From the NCBI GenBank assembly GCA_963836285.1, contig CAWIIN010000002.1, positions 1,650,386-1,714,385 of the forward strand: 64,000 bases of DNA, read 5' to 3'. Positions 7,923 to 20,052 of this stretch are shown one piece after another; position 1 is the first letter of the stretch, and each line of letters opens with the position of its first letter. Origin of the DNA: an uncultured Acidobacteriota bacterium (GTDB lineage Bacteria > Acidobacteriota > Thermoanaerobaculia > UBA5066). Made by a program: the position numbers and the translations under genes. Under the pieces are notes generated by a model. It worked only from the letters and a program-made list of their open reading frames with translations. It did no database searches and was not told the origin of the DNA.

Positions 7923-10900
7923 TCAGGCCTTCTCGAGCTTGACGAGGAACGTCTTGTACTCGGGCGTGAACGTGTTCGGGTCCATCGCCGAAGGCGTCAG
8001 GAAGTTCGCGAGCGGGCCCGTGTGGCCCGCCTCGCCCTCGTAGCCCCAGTGGAGCGGGAATCCGATCTGCCACATCGCCTGGCCGTTGATCTGGAGCGGG
8101 AGCAGGCGTTTCGTGACCATCGCGACTCCCTCGATGGAGCCGCGCGCCGACGTGACGCGCGCCTTCCCGCCGTTCGTGATGCCTTTCTCCTTCGCGAGAG
8201 CCTCCGGGATCTCGATGAAGAAGCCCGGCTGCACCTGGTTCAGGCGGCCGATGTGCTTCGTCCAGTAGTGGTAGTGCTCCGTGAGGCGGTACGTCGCGCA
8301 GACGATCGGGAACTGGTCGCGGGTGCCGTAGACGTCCTTGTCGGACTTGAACTTCTTCGTCGCGGGGTTCGACGTCACCTTCGGGTGGAGCGGGTTGTCG
8401 CACGGGGCCTCGACGGCCTCGTAGTGCTCCGGGAAGGGCCCGTCGTTCAGCGGGGCGAAGATCTTGCCGACGCCCTCGGGCAGCATGATGAAAGCGCCGA
8501 ACGTCCCCGGGGGCGCGTCCGGCTTCATGTCCGGGACGTCGCCGACCCATTTCGTGCCGTTCCACTTGATGCCGGCCCGCGTCGGATCCCAGGGCTTGCC
8601 CTCCGCGTCGGCGGACGCGCGGTTGTACATGACGCGCCGGTTCGCCGGCCAGGAGAAGCACCAGTTGTGGTACATGCCGAGGCCGTTCGGGTCGTCGACG
8701 GGATTGCGCCTCTGCGTCAGGTTGCCCGCCTCCGTGTAGCAGCCCGACATCAGCCAGTTGCCGCACATCGTCGACCCGTCGTCCTGGAGCTGGCCGAACC
8801 CGTCGAGCTGCTGGCCGGCCGTCTTGATGACCTTCGTCTTGTCCTTCGGGTCGTGGATGTCCTCGAGGGCCTTGCCGTTCAGCTCCCTGAGGACTTCGGA
8901 CAGGTCGGGCGCCGCCGGGTTCGTGTAGGACCAGTCGACGTTCAGCACCGCTTCCGCGGCGGGGCCGCCCTCCTTGCGGTAGAGGTCCCTCACGGCGAGG
9001 AAGATCCGGGCGAGGATCTCCTGGTCCGTCTTGATCTGCCCCGGAGGATCGAGGGCCTTCCACTTCCACTGGATCCAGCGCGCCGAGTTCGTGAAGCTGC
9101 CGTCCTTCTCGGCGAAGTTCGACGCGGGGAGCTGGAACACCTCGGTCTGGATCTTCGAGGGGTCCGCGCCGCCGTACTCCTTGGGCGCCTTCCAGAACGT
9201 CGCCGTCTCGACCTGGTGGTTCTCGACGACGACGAGCCACTTCAGCTTCGAGTGGGCGGCGATCATCTTCGGCGTGTTCGGCCCGATGCCGACCGGGTTC
9301 ATGCCGAACGTCATGAGGCCCTCGGGGCCCGGCTCCTGTCCGCCGGCGCGGCTCGAGTTGCCGCGGTACATGTCGTCGAAGATGAACATCCAGGAGTAGT
9401 TGCCGTCGACCTTCGGGAGCCAGTTGTATCCGAACTCGTTCTCCTTCGTGGCGCTCTTGCCGTAGCAGGCCTTCAGGACCGAGACCATGAACTTCGAGTA
9501 GTTCTGCCAGTAGTTCATGGACGGGCCGAGCGCCTTCGGGGTGTTCGCCTCGTTGTATTCCTTGAGCGACTGCCATTGGGCCTGCGGGGTCTTGACGTAT
9601 CCGGGCAGGATGTCGAAGACGCCCGCGGTGTCCGTGGCGCCCTGGATGTTCGAGTGGCCGCGCAGGGCGTTGACGCCGCCGCCCGGCCGGCCGACGTTTC
9701 CGAGCAGGAGCTGCAGCATCGCGGCCGTCCGGATGATCTGGACGCCGATCGAGTGCTGCGTCCAGCCGAGCGCGTACATGATCGTGCCCACGCGCGGGGC
9801 GTTGCCCGTCGACGTCACGACCTCGGCGACCTTCAGGAACGTGTCCTTCGGCGTGCCGCAGATCTTCTCGACCATCTCCGGCGTGTAGCGGTCGACGTGC
9901 TTTTTCAGCAGCTGGAAGACGCAGTGGGGGTCCTCGAGGCTCGGGTCCTTCTTCGCCTCCCCCTTCGCGTCGAGCTGGTAGGCCCACGTGTCGCGCTTGT
10001 AGCTGCCCGTCGCCTCGTCGAACCCGGAGAAGAGCCCGTCGTCGAACTTGAAGTCCGGGTTAATGAGGAGGGGCGCGTTCGTATGGATCTTGACGTAGTC
10101 CTCGTGGAACCGCTTCTTGTCGATCGCGTACCGGATGATGCCGAGGAGGTACGCGATGTCCGTGCCCATGCGAATCGGGGAGTAGACGTCCGCGACGGCC
10201 GCGGTCCGCGTGAAGCGCGGGTCCACGGCGACGATCTTCGCGTTACGGGTCTTCTTCGCCTCGATCGCCCACTTGAAGCCGCAGGGGTGGTTCTCGGCGG
10301 GGTTCCCGCCCATGCAGAGGACGACGTCGGCGTTCTTGATGTCGACCCATCCGTTCGTCATCGCTCCGCGCCCGAACGTGGCGGCCAGACTGGCCACCGT
10401 GGGCCCGTGTCATACCCGGGCTTGGGTGTCCCGGTACGGAACGCCCCAAGCGGAGGCGCTCTTCCAGTAGAGGTAGTTGAACTCCGTCGTGTCCGTGCAC
10501 CCGCCGATCATCGCCATGCCGGGGTTGCGGTTGACGACCTGCCCCTTCGCGTTCTTCTGCACGAAGCTCTTGTCGCGCGTGTCCTTGACGTGCCGGGCGA
10601 TCTTCGAGATCGCCTCGTCCCACGAGATGTCCTCCCAGTGGTCCGAGCCGGCCTTGCGGATCTGCGGCGTCTTGAGGCGCGTCGGGCTGTTGATGTCGTC
10701 CTTGACGGTCGCGCCCTTCGGACAGAGCGTCCCGCGATTGATCGGATGATCGGGATCGCCCTCGACGTGGACGACCGACGCGGTCGCGTTCTTGGCCTTG
10801 TCCCCGAGCGTATGGATGATCAGACCGCACGAAACGGCGCAGTAGGGACATGTGCTGCGCGTTTCCGTGGTGCGCGAGATCTTGAATTCGCGCATTTCGG

Positions 10901-10985
10901 CCCGGGCCTCGCGCATGTCGAAGCCCAGGGCGACAGCTCCGCCCGCCGTCCCTGCTTTGAGGAAGGTTCTTCGCGTCAGGCCCAT
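7923..10985 (-). CDS. fdnG: Formate dehydrogenase-N alpha subunit, selenocysteine-containing (in-frame UGA near 10410), Tat signal
   Basis: ORFs 10410..10985 and 7923..10397 are contiguous in one frame across a TGA. The flanking sequence ...RDTQARV-U-HGPTVASLAATFGRGAMTNGW matches the E. coli FdnG Sec196 context. The N-terminus has a twin-arginine signal (RRTFLK) and a CPYCAVSCG Fe-S motif. Confidence 0.9.
10355..10410 (-). promoter_or_regulatory. Putative SECIS element downstream of the fdnG UGA codon
   Basis: GC-rich inverted repeats (GGGCCCACGGUGGCC, GGCCAGUCUGGCC) begin about 4-10 nt 3' of the UGA, where bacterial SECIS hairpins sit. The fold was not computed. Confidence 0.4.
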
Positions 10986-11092
10986 GGCCGCCCTCCTTCT
11001 GTTTCGTCCGGTTCCCTAGCAGACCTCTCGGAGGGGCAGGCTGTCAAGACGCGATCTCAGGCGCGTTTACGCGCCGCCGAACGAACGGCCGC

Positions 11093-13005
<1,913 letters not shown>

Positions 13006-13070
13006 CCGGCGAACTATAGGCTTTGTTAGACTGACTGCACCCGGGGGAAACCCTCGAAAGCGTTCGGAAC

Positions 13071-14888
13071 ATGACGCCGGAGTTCGATCACTACTCGATT
13101 TCCCGCGTCCTCGGAGAGGGAGGGACGGGGGTCGTCTACCTCGCCAGGGACCAGCGGACCGGCCTCGACGTGGCGGTCAAGGTCGTGGCCCAGCGCGAGC
13201 TCGACGCCGTGCTCCGGGCCCGGTTGCCGAGGGAGAGCGCCGCGCTTGCCGCGCTCAGCCACCCGAACGTCGTGCGGTTCCACGAGTTCACCGAGTCCCA
13301 GGACGGCACGCTCGCCATCGTGACGGACTACGTGGACGGGTCGGACTTCCGCGCCTTCGAAGGGCTGCCGTTCCCCGAGCTCCTTCCGCTGATGGTCCAG
13401 GCCGTCCGGGGCCTCGCGTACCTGAGGAGCCGGGGCGTCGTGCACGGCGACCTGTCGTCGGACAACTTCCTCGTCGCCCTGGAGAGCGGGACGCGCGTGA
13501 CGAAGGTCGCCGACCTCGGGTTTTCGGCGCTCCTCCGCCCCGCGGACGCGGACGGCGCCTCGGGTGCGGGATCCGGACAGTTCGTCGGGAAATTCGCGTT
13601 TGCGTCCCCGGAGCATTTCTTCGCGTCGGACATCGACTGGCGGAGCGACGTCTACTCGCTCGGCGTCGTGTTTCACAGGCTCCTGACGAACGAGGCGCCG
13701 ATCACGGTGAGCCGCGAGTCGAGATACTTCGACTGGATGGTGGCCCACGAGAAGGAGCATGCGTTCGAGGTCCCGTCTCCGCCCGGCGGGCCCGCTCTGC
13801 CCGATGCGCTGCGGGACGTGGTCCGTCGAATGCTCGCCCGGTCCCGTGACCAGCGACCGCAGAGCTACGAGGAGATCCTCGACGCGCTCGACCGTGTCCG
13901 GCGCGTCGCCCCGGCGGAGCCGGGGCCCGCGGAGTCGGTCGAATCGTCGCAGCAGAAGAGGTGGCCGGACCTCGAGGTGCCGGAGCCGCACACGGAAAGG
14001 TTCGTCTCCTTCTCCGCGTCCCCATCGCACGCGATCCCCGCCGATCCCGGGCCGCCCTTCGAGGAGCGGCGCGTCGAGCCGCCCCCGGACCGCTTCGCGG
14101 TGGAGCCGCCTGGCTCCGAAGAGAGTCCGCTCCGCTTCGACTCGGGCTCGGACACGGCGCCGTCGTCCACGGAGCTGCTTTCGCCGCCGAGCCTGCAGGA
14201 CGCCGCGAGGACGGCTCCGACCGTCGTGACCGAGAGGCCGGAGAGAGACTCCGGCGACGCCCAGTGGACCGGAGGCGCCGCGAAGGACGCGCCTCCCGAA
14301 CCGGTCCGCGCGTCTCCCGCTCCTTCCGAGGAGAAAACCGAGCGGCTCGACGACGTCATCGAGAAGCTCAGGCAGCGATCTTCCCTGGAGCTCCTGCCGC
14401 CGTTGACGACGGTCCCACCGAGCCCGGAGCCCGCCGCGCCGGCGCCTCCGGCCCGCACCATCCCGACGCCTTCGCCCGCCCCGCTGCCGCCGGCCGCGCC
14501 GACCCCGCCGCCGCCGGGTCGCCGGTCCGAGCCCGCGGCCGCTCCGGTGCGTGCGGAGGTGCGGTCCGCACGGACGCCCTCGAAGCCGGGTCAGCGCGTC
14601 GTCGTCTACGGCGCTTCCCCTCCCGCCGCCACCGCTCCGCGCCGTGCGCCTGCGCCTCCTCCGCCGATCTCCACACCCGCGACCGCCGCGGGCGATCGGC
14701 GGCTCGGCCGGATCGGGATCGGGCTGATCGTCGCGGCCATCGTCGTCCTCTTCGCGGCCGTGCTGTGGGTCCTCGTCGCCGTCGCGCGCGGCGCGTCCGC
14801 CGGTGCGCCCCGCAGGACCAGCGCCACGGGCCGGGCGACGTCCGTCGCCTCAGCGCCCGCGGCATCCACCCACTCCGAGTTCGTGTGA
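13071..14888 (+). CDS. Hanks-type Ser/Thr protein kinase with Pro-rich linker and C-terminal TM helix (PpkA-like)
   Basis: GEGGTGVVY glycine loop, VAVK, HGDLSSDNFLV catalytic loop, DLGFS, SPE motif. The C-terminus is low-complexity Pro/Ala with a hydrophobic helix. Confidence 0.85.
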   Translation: MTPEFDHYSISRVLGEGGTGVVYLARDQRTGLDVAVKVVAQRELDAVLRARLPRESAALAALSHPNVVRFHEFTESQDGTLAIVTDYVDGSDFRAFEGLPFPELLPLMVQAVRGLAYLRSRGVVHGDLSSDNFLVALESGTRVTKVADLGFSALLRPADADGASGAGSGQFVGKFAFASPEHFFASDIDWRSDVYSLGVVFHRLLTNEAPITVSRESRYFDWMVAHEKEHAFEVPSPPGGPALPDALRDVVRRMLARSRDQRPQSYEEILDALDRVRRVAPAEPGPAESVESSQQKRWPDLEVPEPHTERFVSFSASPSHAIPADPGPPFEERRVEPPPDRFAVEPPGSEESPLRFDSGSDTAPSSTELLSPPSLQDAARTAPTVVTERPERDSGDAQWTGGAAKDAPPEPVRASPAPSEEKTERLDDVIEKLRQRSSLELLPPLTTVPPSPEPAAPAPPARTIPTPSPAPLPPAAPTPPPPGRRSEPAAAPVRAEVRSARTPSKPGQRVVVYGASPPAATAPRRAPAPPPPISTPATAAGDRRLGRIGIGLIVAAIVVLFAAVLWVLVAVARGASAGAPRRTSATGRATSVASAPAASTHSEFV

Positions 14889-14898
14889 AGGAGCCGCC

Positions 14899-15540
14899 AT
14901 GACCGACAACCGACCGCCACGCCCCGGCGACATCGACGCGACGGCCACGAGCGCGGGCGGAGGGACGTCGCTGCGCGACATGCTTTCCAACGCGCGCGCG
15001 CAGTCGAAGGGTCAGGGGGTGGTCCAGGGCTCCACGATCTTCTTCAAGAATCTCGCCGAGTCGATCGGTCACTCCAACCGCAACCTGAAGATCGGGCTCG
15101 CCTTCCTCACGGCGGCGTTCGTCGTCGTCGCGGCGGCTCTCGGCACGCTCATCTTCCAGGCGTTCCGGAGCCAGGTCGCGACGAAGACGACGCTCGAGCA
15201 GCAGATCCAGTCCATGGACGCCTCGACGCGCAAGCAGATCCAGCCCGTCCTCGACGCGATGACGGCGATGGAGAAAAAGCTCGCGGACCAGCAGGACGGC
15301 CAGCGGCGGGAGCTCGAAGGTGTGAGGCAGCTCCTCCAGGCCGACGTCGACGCGGCGAAGGCGGACGCGGCCGCGGCGCGCAAGGAAACGGCGGAGCTGC
15401 GCACGTCCCTGAAGGCCGTCGAAAAGTGGGCGGACGAATTCGGGAAGACGTACCTGCAGGACCGGGCCAACCTCGACACGCGCGTGCGGCGTCTCGAGGG
15501 CGCCCCGGCACCCGCGGCCGCACCGCCGGCGACGAAGTAG
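14899..15540 (+). CDS. Coiled-coil membrane protein of unknown function
   Basis: ATG at 14899 preceded by GAAGGAG. One TM helix (LAFLTAAFVVVAAALGTLIF) followed by a coiled-coil (QQIQSMD...AAKADAAAARKETAELR). Sits between the two kinases. Confidence 0.5.
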   Translation: MTDNRPPRPGDIDATATSAGGGTSLRDMLSNARAQSKGQGVVQGSTIFFKNLAESIGHSNRNLKIGLAFLTAAFVVVAAALGTLIFQAFRSQVATKTTLEQQIQSMDASTRKQIQPVLDAMTAMEKKLADQQDGQRRELEGVRQLLQADVDAAKADAAAARKETAELRTSLKAVEKWADEFGKTYLQDRANLDTRVRRLEGAPAPAAAPPATK

Positions 15541-15547
15541 GGATCGC

Positions 15548-16735
15548 GTGCGCTTCGGGTTCGGCCTCGAGGAGATCGAGCTCGGCGAAATGGTGGGCCG
15601 GGGGGGATCGGGAGAGGTGTTCGCGTCGCGGCACCGCCGGACGGGCGCGCGCCTCGCCGCGAAGGTCTATCCGTTCGACCGGATGGACCCGGCGTTTCGA
15701 CCGCGCGAGAGGTTCCATCGCGAGTGCCGCGTCCTCTCGAGGATGGAGCATCCGGCGTTTCCCGCCCTCTACGGCTGCGGCGAGGAGGACGACGGGAGCG
15801 CCGGGTGGGCGATCATGGAGTGGATCGAAGGAGAGCCTCTGTCCGCGTATCGGTCCGCGCCCCTTCCCGAGGTCGTCCGCCTCGCGCACGGGATCGCGTC
15901 CGCTCTCGACGCCCTGCACGTCCAGGGCGTCCTTCATCGGGACGTCGCGTTCGACAACGTCCTCGTCGAGAAGCGGAGGTTCGGTCCGAACCCGCGACTG
16001 ATCGACCTCGGCATCGCGAAGGACGTCGGTTCGAACGCGGACCTCACGATGGCCGGCGCCTTCCTCGGCCGCGTTCCGTTCGCCTCGCCCGAGCTCCTGA
16101 CGGAGGAAGGTGCGGCCGGCCTCGTGGACCCGCGCAGCGACGTCTTCTCGTTCGGCGTCCTCCTCTACGAGTGGCTGTCGGGACGGCCTCCATTTCCGGG
16201 AGAGACCCCGGAGCGCGTCATGAAGGCGCAGAAGCGGAAGTCGGCGCCGAGGCTCGTGCCCCGGGAAGGTGCCGAGGCCGCGAACGGAGGCCTGTCTGCC
16301 TTCGTGGAGAGCCTCCTCGCGACCGACATCGAGAGGAGGCCGGCCTCGGACGAAGTCGTGAGACGCCTGAGCGAATTCCGCGGGCTGTTTCCGCGCCACC
16401 CCCTGGAGACGGCTCCAGCGGCGGCGTCCACCTATCGCACGCCCGAGATCGGTTACGCGCTCCTCCCGAGACGCTTCGACGCGGCCCCCGTGTTTCCCAG
16501 GCTTCGGGCGGTGTCGTTTCCCGAGCCGTCACCCCGTGCGGCGGACGCCGGATCGCCGCGCGACGCCACGCCCCGGGCCGGGGGGGCACCCGCGCCAACG
16601 CCGGTTCCGGGCGCCGGAGCCGCCTCTGCGGGGCTCGGCTCGCGCCCGGGATTCGGCGGGCTGGTTCTGGCCCTTGGAATCCTCGCGTTCGTCGCGGCGT
16701 GCGCGCTGGCCGCGTTCCTCGTCTTCAGGAACTGA
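15548..16735 (+). CDS. Second Hanks-type Ser/Thr protein kinase with C-terminal TM anchor
   Basis: GRGGSGEVF, AAKVY, HRDVAFDNVLV, DLGIAKD, SPE motifs, and a C-terminal hydrophobic helix. Confidence 0.85.
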   Translation: MRFGFGLEEIELGEMVGRGGSGEVFASRHRRTGARLAAKVYPFDRMDPAFRPRERFHRECRVLSRMEHPAFPALYGCGEEDDGSAGWAIMEWIEGEPLSAYRSAPLPEVVRLAHGIASALDALHVQGVLHRDVAFDNVLVEKRRFGPNPRLIDLGIAKDVGSNADLTMAGAFLGRVPFASPELLTEEGAAGLVDPRSDVFSFGVLLYEWLSGRPPFPGETPERVMKAQKRKSAPRLVPREGAEAANGGLSAFVESLLATDIERRPASDEVVRRLSEFRGLFPRHPLETAPAAASTYRTPEIGYALLPRRFDAAPVFPRLRAVSFPEPSPRAADAGSPRDATPRAGGAPAPTPVPGAGAASAGLGSRPGFGGLVLALGILAFVAACALAAFLVFRN

Positions 16736-18203
16736 CGGCGGGAGACGCGGAGGGCCGGGGGGCCGGCGTCGCCGCCGGCTTTCCCCCGGACGCGGGCGGC
16801 GGGATGGTGGGTGTCGCCGTGTCCGTCGCGGTCGGCGTCGGCGTGTGAGTCGCCGTCGGCGTCTCGGTCGGAGTCGGCGGGTATTCGAGTGGCTGGAGGC
16901 CGCTGAGGACTGCCGGGGGACGGAACGACGGTTCGGCCGTCGCACGTGGGGGCTTCGGAGCGGAACGCGGGACCGCCGGCGCGGACGTGCCGCGTCCCGC
17001 CTGCTGTTTCCCCGATGGCGCGGGCGTCGCGGGGACCGGCGTCGGGGCGGGGGCGGGCGCCGCGACGGGGGCAGGCGTTGCGGCGGTGGCGACCGTCCCG
17101 ACGGGAGCCGCCGTCGAGGGAGCCGGCGCCGCCTCGGTCGGGCGCGCCGCGCGAGGAACGGCGGCCGGTTTTCCCGGCGAGGGCGCGAAGCGCCACAGGA
17201 AGTATGCGATCGCGACGACGACGGCGGCCAGAGCGACGCCCCCGGCGAGCAGCCGGCGTCCGCGCGGTCTGGGCGCCGGCTCTTCCGGGGGGCCTGAGGC
17301 GGCGCCCGCCACGAGAGTCTTGTCCGCTTCGTCCTCGACGCCCGGAGCGGGAGCGGTGACCGCGGGCACCCGTCCGGTCTTGCCGAGTCCGAGGCGCGCG
17401 GGCGTCCCGCGCGAGAGGATCGCGACGGAGACGTTGTCCTTCGAGCCGGCTTCGAACGCGAGGCGGTAGATCTCGTCGGCCGTCTCCTGGAGGCTCCCGG
17501 TCACCTCGAGAGCCGTCAGGAAGCGCTCGGCCTCGAGGACGTCGGTCACGCCGTCCGTCGTGAGGATGACGGCGTCGCCCGTGGCGAGGATCACGTCGCT
17601 CCGCACGTCGGGAACGACCTTCTTCTCCTGGCCGAGGCTTCGGGTGAGGGCGTGCGCGAACGGATTGCCGGAGTCGTCCTCGGGCGCGACGGAGTCCGAG
17701 CCGAGGGCCCGCCTCTGCTCGGCGAGCGCCGTGTGGTCGACGGAGAGCTGCCTCACCTTCAACCCGGAGACGAGGAAGATCTTGCTGTCGCCGACGTTCG
17801 CGACGACGAGCCGGCCGTCCGCGAGGATCATCGCGAACGCGACGGTGGCGCCCATCCCCTTCTGCTCGGCCGAGGCCTTCCCGCGCTGGTGGATCTCGCG
17901 GTTGATGTCGTCGATCCAGCCGCGGATCTCGGCCTCGAGGGCCTCCGGCGGAAGGGACGTGGCGTCTTCGCGCGCGGCGAAGAGGCGGACCTTCTCCCGC
18001 AGGATCTCGACCGTCATGCGCGAGGCGACCTCCCCGGCGTTGTGGCCGCCCATGCCGTCGCTGAGGACCGCGAAGGCGCGCAGGGCGGGGGAGGCGGGCA
18101 GGACCGCGAGGATCGCGGCATCCTCGTTCGATTCCCGCCGGCCCTTCTCGGAAAGGCCTCCCGCGAGGTACGGGGGCTGCGGAGTTTCCGCGTCGGCGCC
18201 CAA
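16725..18203 (-). CDS. PP2C-family Ser/Thr phosphatase (PppA-like) with Pro/Thr-rich tail and TM segment
   Basis: PP2C motifs (SDGMGGH, GATVA, DGVTD, SKDNVSV). C-terminal TM helix and low-complexity Pro/Ala/Thr region. Confidence 0.85.
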   Translation of the reverse strand: MGADAETPQPPYLAGGLSEKGRRESNEDAAILAVLPASPALRAFAVLSDGMGGHNAGEVASRMTVEILREKVRLFAAREDATSLPPEALEAEIRGWIDDINREIHQRGKASAEQKGMGATVAFAMILADGRLVVANVGDSKIFLVSGLKVRQLSVDHTALAEQRRALGSDSVAPEDDSGNPFAHALTRSLGQEKKVVPDVRSDVILATGDAVILTTDGVTDVLEAERFLTALEVTGSLQETADEIYRLAFEAGSKDNVSVAILSRGTPARLGLGKTGRVPAVTAPAPGVEDEADKTLVAGAASGPPEEPAPRPRGRRLLAGGVALAAVVVAIAYFLWRFAPSPGKPAAVPRAARPTEAAPAPSTAAPVGTVATAATPAPVAAPAPAPTPVPATPAPSGKQQAGRGTSAPAVPRSAPKPPRATAEPSFRPPAVLSGLQPLEYPPTPTETPTATHTPTPTATDTATPTIPPPASGGKPAATPAPRPSASPAVSS

Positions 18204-18213
18204 TGTCGCTCCC

Positions 18214-19032
18214 TCAGTCCTCGCGATAGGTCATGACGACGTCGCCGATCTCGATGCGGTCGCCGTGGACGAGTCGCCGCGAGGCGTTCTCCTCCATCTC
18301 CTCCCCGTTGACCCGCGCCGGATTCGTTCGCGCGTAGTTGATGAGGGAATAGGTCCGCCTGTCGAAGACCAGTTTGGCGTGCTTGCCGGAGACGGACGCG
18401 GGCAGGAGCTGGATGTGGCGGTATGGCGGTCCGGGGTCGCGGCCGATTGTCGTCTCGACGCGCTCGCCCGGCGCCGTCCGGAAGATCCGGATCTCGGTCT
18501 CCCGATCGCCCTCGTCGACCATGAATCGCCCCGGAAGCGTATCGAGGACGCCGGCGGGAGGCTGCCCGGCGTGAACGACGTCGCCGTCCGTCCATGCGGC
18601 CGGCGCGGGCCCGTCGGGGACGGGAGGCGGGGCCGCGGAGCGCGACGGCACGTTGATGACGACCGGCTTCTTGAGCAGGACCGCGAGCACGACGACGAGC
18701 GTCGCGAGGAGAACGAGGACGCCGATGCCGAGGAGGAGCACGACGCTTCCGGGCAGGCCGGCGATGCCCGCCGGGGCCGCGGCGGGGAGCCTCGTCGGGG
18801 CCGGAGTGATCTCGGCCGCCGGCTGCGGCGTCACCTCGGCCGCGGGTGCCGCGGGTGCCGCCGTGGGAGCGGGCGTGGGCGCGGGGGTCGCCGCCTCGCC
18901 TGCCGCGGGCAGCGGCGGCAGCGGAGGAAGCGTGGGGACCGGCGTCTGCGCGCCGGCCTCGAGGGACGTCAGGACCGCGGCGATCGCCGCCGCAAAGAAG
19001 ACCCGCTTCCTTAGGTCGCGGCCGTTTCGCAT
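18214..19032 (-). CDS. FHA-domain protein with N-terminal TM/Pro-rich region
   Basis: C-terminal FHA signature (GRDPG...IQLLPASVSGKHAKLVF...NGEEM...GDRIEIG). Start set at ATG 19032, preceded by GGGGGAG. The upstream 92 codons of the ORF were rejected. Confidence 0.8.
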   Translation of the reverse strand: MRNGRDLRKRVFFAAAIAAVLTSLEAGAQTPVPTLPPLPPLPAAGEAATPAPTPAPTAAPAAPAAEVTPQPAAEITPAPTRLPAAAPAGIAGLPGSVVLLLGIGVLVLLATLVVVLAVLLKKPVVINVPSRSAAPPPVPDGPAPAAWTDGDVVHAGQPPAGVLDTLPGRFMVDEGDRETEIRIFRTAPGERVETTIGRDPGPPYRHIQLLPASVSGKHAKLVFDRRTYSLINYARTNPARVNGEEMEENASRRLVHGDRIEIGDVVMTYRED

Positions 19033-19132
19033 CGTCTCTCCCCTCGATTCGTCTGCCGGGCCCTTTCCGGAGAGGATAACCGCACCGCCATTCCACGGGT
19101 ACCGGACCCGCGGGATCCCGCCGGAGCATGCG

Positions 19133-19945
19133 TCACGCGGGTCTCGAGGAGGGAAGGCGGACGGCGAGGAAGTCCTCCGGGTCGGGGCGATGCTCCGGCA
19201 CGAGCGACAGCCCGAGCCGGACCAGCTCCCGCGGGACGTCGGTCTCGGCGGACGCGCGCACCGGGGACGGGAGGGCCGAGAGCGCCATGGTCTTGTCGGC
19301 GTCTCCAATCGGAAGGTCGCCGGCGGCGTGCCCCTCGAGCAGCACGTGGATCTGAGCGGCGAGGCGGTACGCGAGCGCGGCGCGGGGCGAGGTGCCGCGC
19401 GCGCCGGCGCGGATCTCCGGCGCGAGGAATGGCGCCTCCTCGTCCACGGCCCCGAGTCCGGCGAGGCCGGACGCCCCGTCGTCGCGCCGCGGCTCGCAGA
19501 GGAACTCGTTCACACTCAGGTGGCGTGCCTCGAGCCGGGCTCCCTCGCGCAGGCGCTTCAGCTCGTGCAGAGGGATGTGAAGGCCCGCGAAGCCGCAATC
19601 GAGAGCCGCGATCTGGACCTCGGCGAGGGCCGTCATCGTGCCGCGCCGCGTCCGGTGACCGCCCCCCGCCACTGGCTCGGAGGTCTGGAATGCGATGTAA
19701 GCGCGCCCGGCGATCTCCGTCGAACCGAAGTCCAGGACGGGGGGAAGCAGGGGATGGTCGAAGAGCGCCGTCGCGCTGTAGATTGCGTCAACGGCCATCG
19801 CCGCGCCGCTCGAAGAGGGAACGAAGCCGTCGACGCGGACCCATGCCGGGACGCCGTCGAGGACGCGCGCCGCTCGGTAGCGCAGGCGCAGGCCCGTCTG
19901 CTCGGGCCCTTCGAGCAGCCGGTAACCCGGAAGCCACGAGGACAT
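19133..19945 (-). CDS. Hypothetical protein with degenerate protein-kinase-like fold (pseudokinase candidate)
   Basis: Kinase-like motif order (YRLLE...RVLDG..WVRV; HPLLPPVLDFG; PFLAPEI as an APE-like motif; LVPEHRPDPEDF) but no HRD or DFG catalytic residues. Immediately upstream of the FHA gene in the same orientation. Confidence 0.45.
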   Translation of the reverse strand: MSSWLPGYRLLEGPEQTGLRLRYRAARVLDGVPAWVRVDGFVPSSSGAAMAVDAIYSATALFDHPLLPPVLDFGSTEIAGRAYIAFQTSEPVAGGGHRTRRGTMTALAEVQIAALDCGFAGLHIPLHELKRLREGARLEARHLSVNEFLCEPRRDDGASGLAGLGAVDEEAPFLAPEIRAGARGTSPRAALAYRLAAQIHVLLEGHAAGDLPIGDADKTMALSALPSPVRASAETDVPRELVRLGLSLVPEHRPDPEDFLAVRLPSSRPA

Positions 19946-20052
19946 CGTTCCGGAATCTTAGGCCGGATCGCCCGGCGGCCGGGCCGGGGGAGATTTCCCT
20001 TGCGTCCGGCCGGGAGCAGCGCTACACGTGCGAGCGCGGAGGTTGTCTCTGC

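Noticed and set aside
11055-11080. GGCGCG-TTTA-CGCGCC hairpin downstream of aguB as a rho-independent terminator
   Set aside because: A strong stem, but no U-tract follows on the minus strand. It may still act as a terminator in a high-GC genome, but this is not supportable from sequence alone.
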